From the NCBI GenBank assembly GCA_963822945.1, contig CAWGJO010000021.1:224001-288000 (forward strand): a DNA stretch of 64,000 nt. The letters are read 5' to 3'. This document shows positions 63,525-64,000 of this stretch, one piece after another. How positions within the stretch are numbered: the first letter of the stretch is position 1; each line of letters opens with the position of its first letter. The position numbers were made by a program, and so were the translations under genes. Origin of the DNA: an uncultured Gemmatimonadaceae bacterium. GTDB taxonomy: Bacteria > Gemmatimonadota > Gemmatimonadetes > Gemmatimonadales > Gemmatimonadaceae. Below the pieces are notes generated by a model that did not search any database, was not told where the DNA came from, and was given only the letters and a program-made list of their open reading frames with translations.

Positions 63525-64000
63525 TCAGCTCTTCTTCTTCCGGATGCGTTCCACGCGCAGCTGGTGGCGATCGTTGAACAGCCGCCGGTACACGAAGAGC
63601 GCCACGCCCATCGAGCCCAGCGAGGTGGACGCTGCCAGCATGAACATCACCACGATCTGATACTTCACGGCGGAAAGCGGGCTCGCGCCCTCCAAGATCT
63701 GCCCCGTCATCATGCCCGGCAGCGACACGATGCCCACGACGGTCATGGAGTTGAGGATTGGGATCATGCCGCGACGCACGGCCTCGGACAGCGGTTCTCG
63801 TGCGGCCTCCCAGCGGGTAGCGCCCAAAGAGAGCTCCATCTCGATGCGGTCTTTGTGCTCGTCCAGCTCCGTGAGCAACGAGTCCATTGCCAGCGACACA
63901 CCGGTGAGTGAGTTGCCGAGCACCATCCCGAGCAGCGGGATGACGTACTGCGCGTGATACCAAGGGCGAACACCGACGATGACGCCGGTGACGGTGAACG
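63525..64000 (-). CDS. fetB: UPF0014 / FetB (YbbM)-like ABC permease (5' end outside window)
   Basis: QYVIPLLGMVLGNS, IEMELSLGAT, VGIVSLPGMMTGQILEG.SPLSAVKYQI. Confidence 0.85.
   Translation of the reverse strand, partial: FTVTGVIVGVRPWYHAQYVIPLLGMVLGNSLTGVSLAMDSLLTELDEHKDRIEMELSLGATRWEAAREPLSEAVRRGMIPILNSMTVVGIVSLPGMMTGQILEGASPLSAVKYQIVVMFMLAASTSLGSMGVALFVYRRLFNDRHQLRVERIRKKKS

Overview
Very GC-rich (roughly 70% by eye), gene-dense bacterial chromosome segment. The gene content points to a myxobacterium (Myxococcota, probably Polyangia/Polyangiaceae-like): MYXO-CTERM-type sorting tails, many Gly-rich lipoproteins, zinc-ribbon Ser/Thr kinases and a kinase-fused sigma54 activator. About 20 genes, including essential secA and cdsA, are broken by 1-nt indels. 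This is best explained as long-read assembly error, so split ORFs are merged below and those coordinates span the frameshifts. Recognisable content: secA; a GldA/GldF/GldG/DUF4340 ABC operon; VanW; two kinases; an orphan Dam-type methylase coupled to a kinase-GAF-sigma54 activator; xdhC and xdhAB; an ABC-exported (Wzm/Wzt) glycan cluster with a B12 radical SAM enzyme and a methyltransferase; a truncated HNH gene; gdhA; cdsA; archease-rtcB; an overlapping convergent LuxR-type pair; and partial fetB. The best candidate for an undescribed system is 47560-51833: an outer-membrane beta-barrel coupled to a 13-heme c-type cytochrome, followed by a small protein and an Ig-like lipoprotein with an atypical CX4CH motif, which looks like a porin-cytochrome electron conduit. 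Also notable are a window-wide leaderless-promoter signature, a structured secA leader and a sigma54 promoter upstream of wzm. No rRNA, tRNA, CRISPR array or intact IS element was seen. All family calls are from motif recognition, not database searches.
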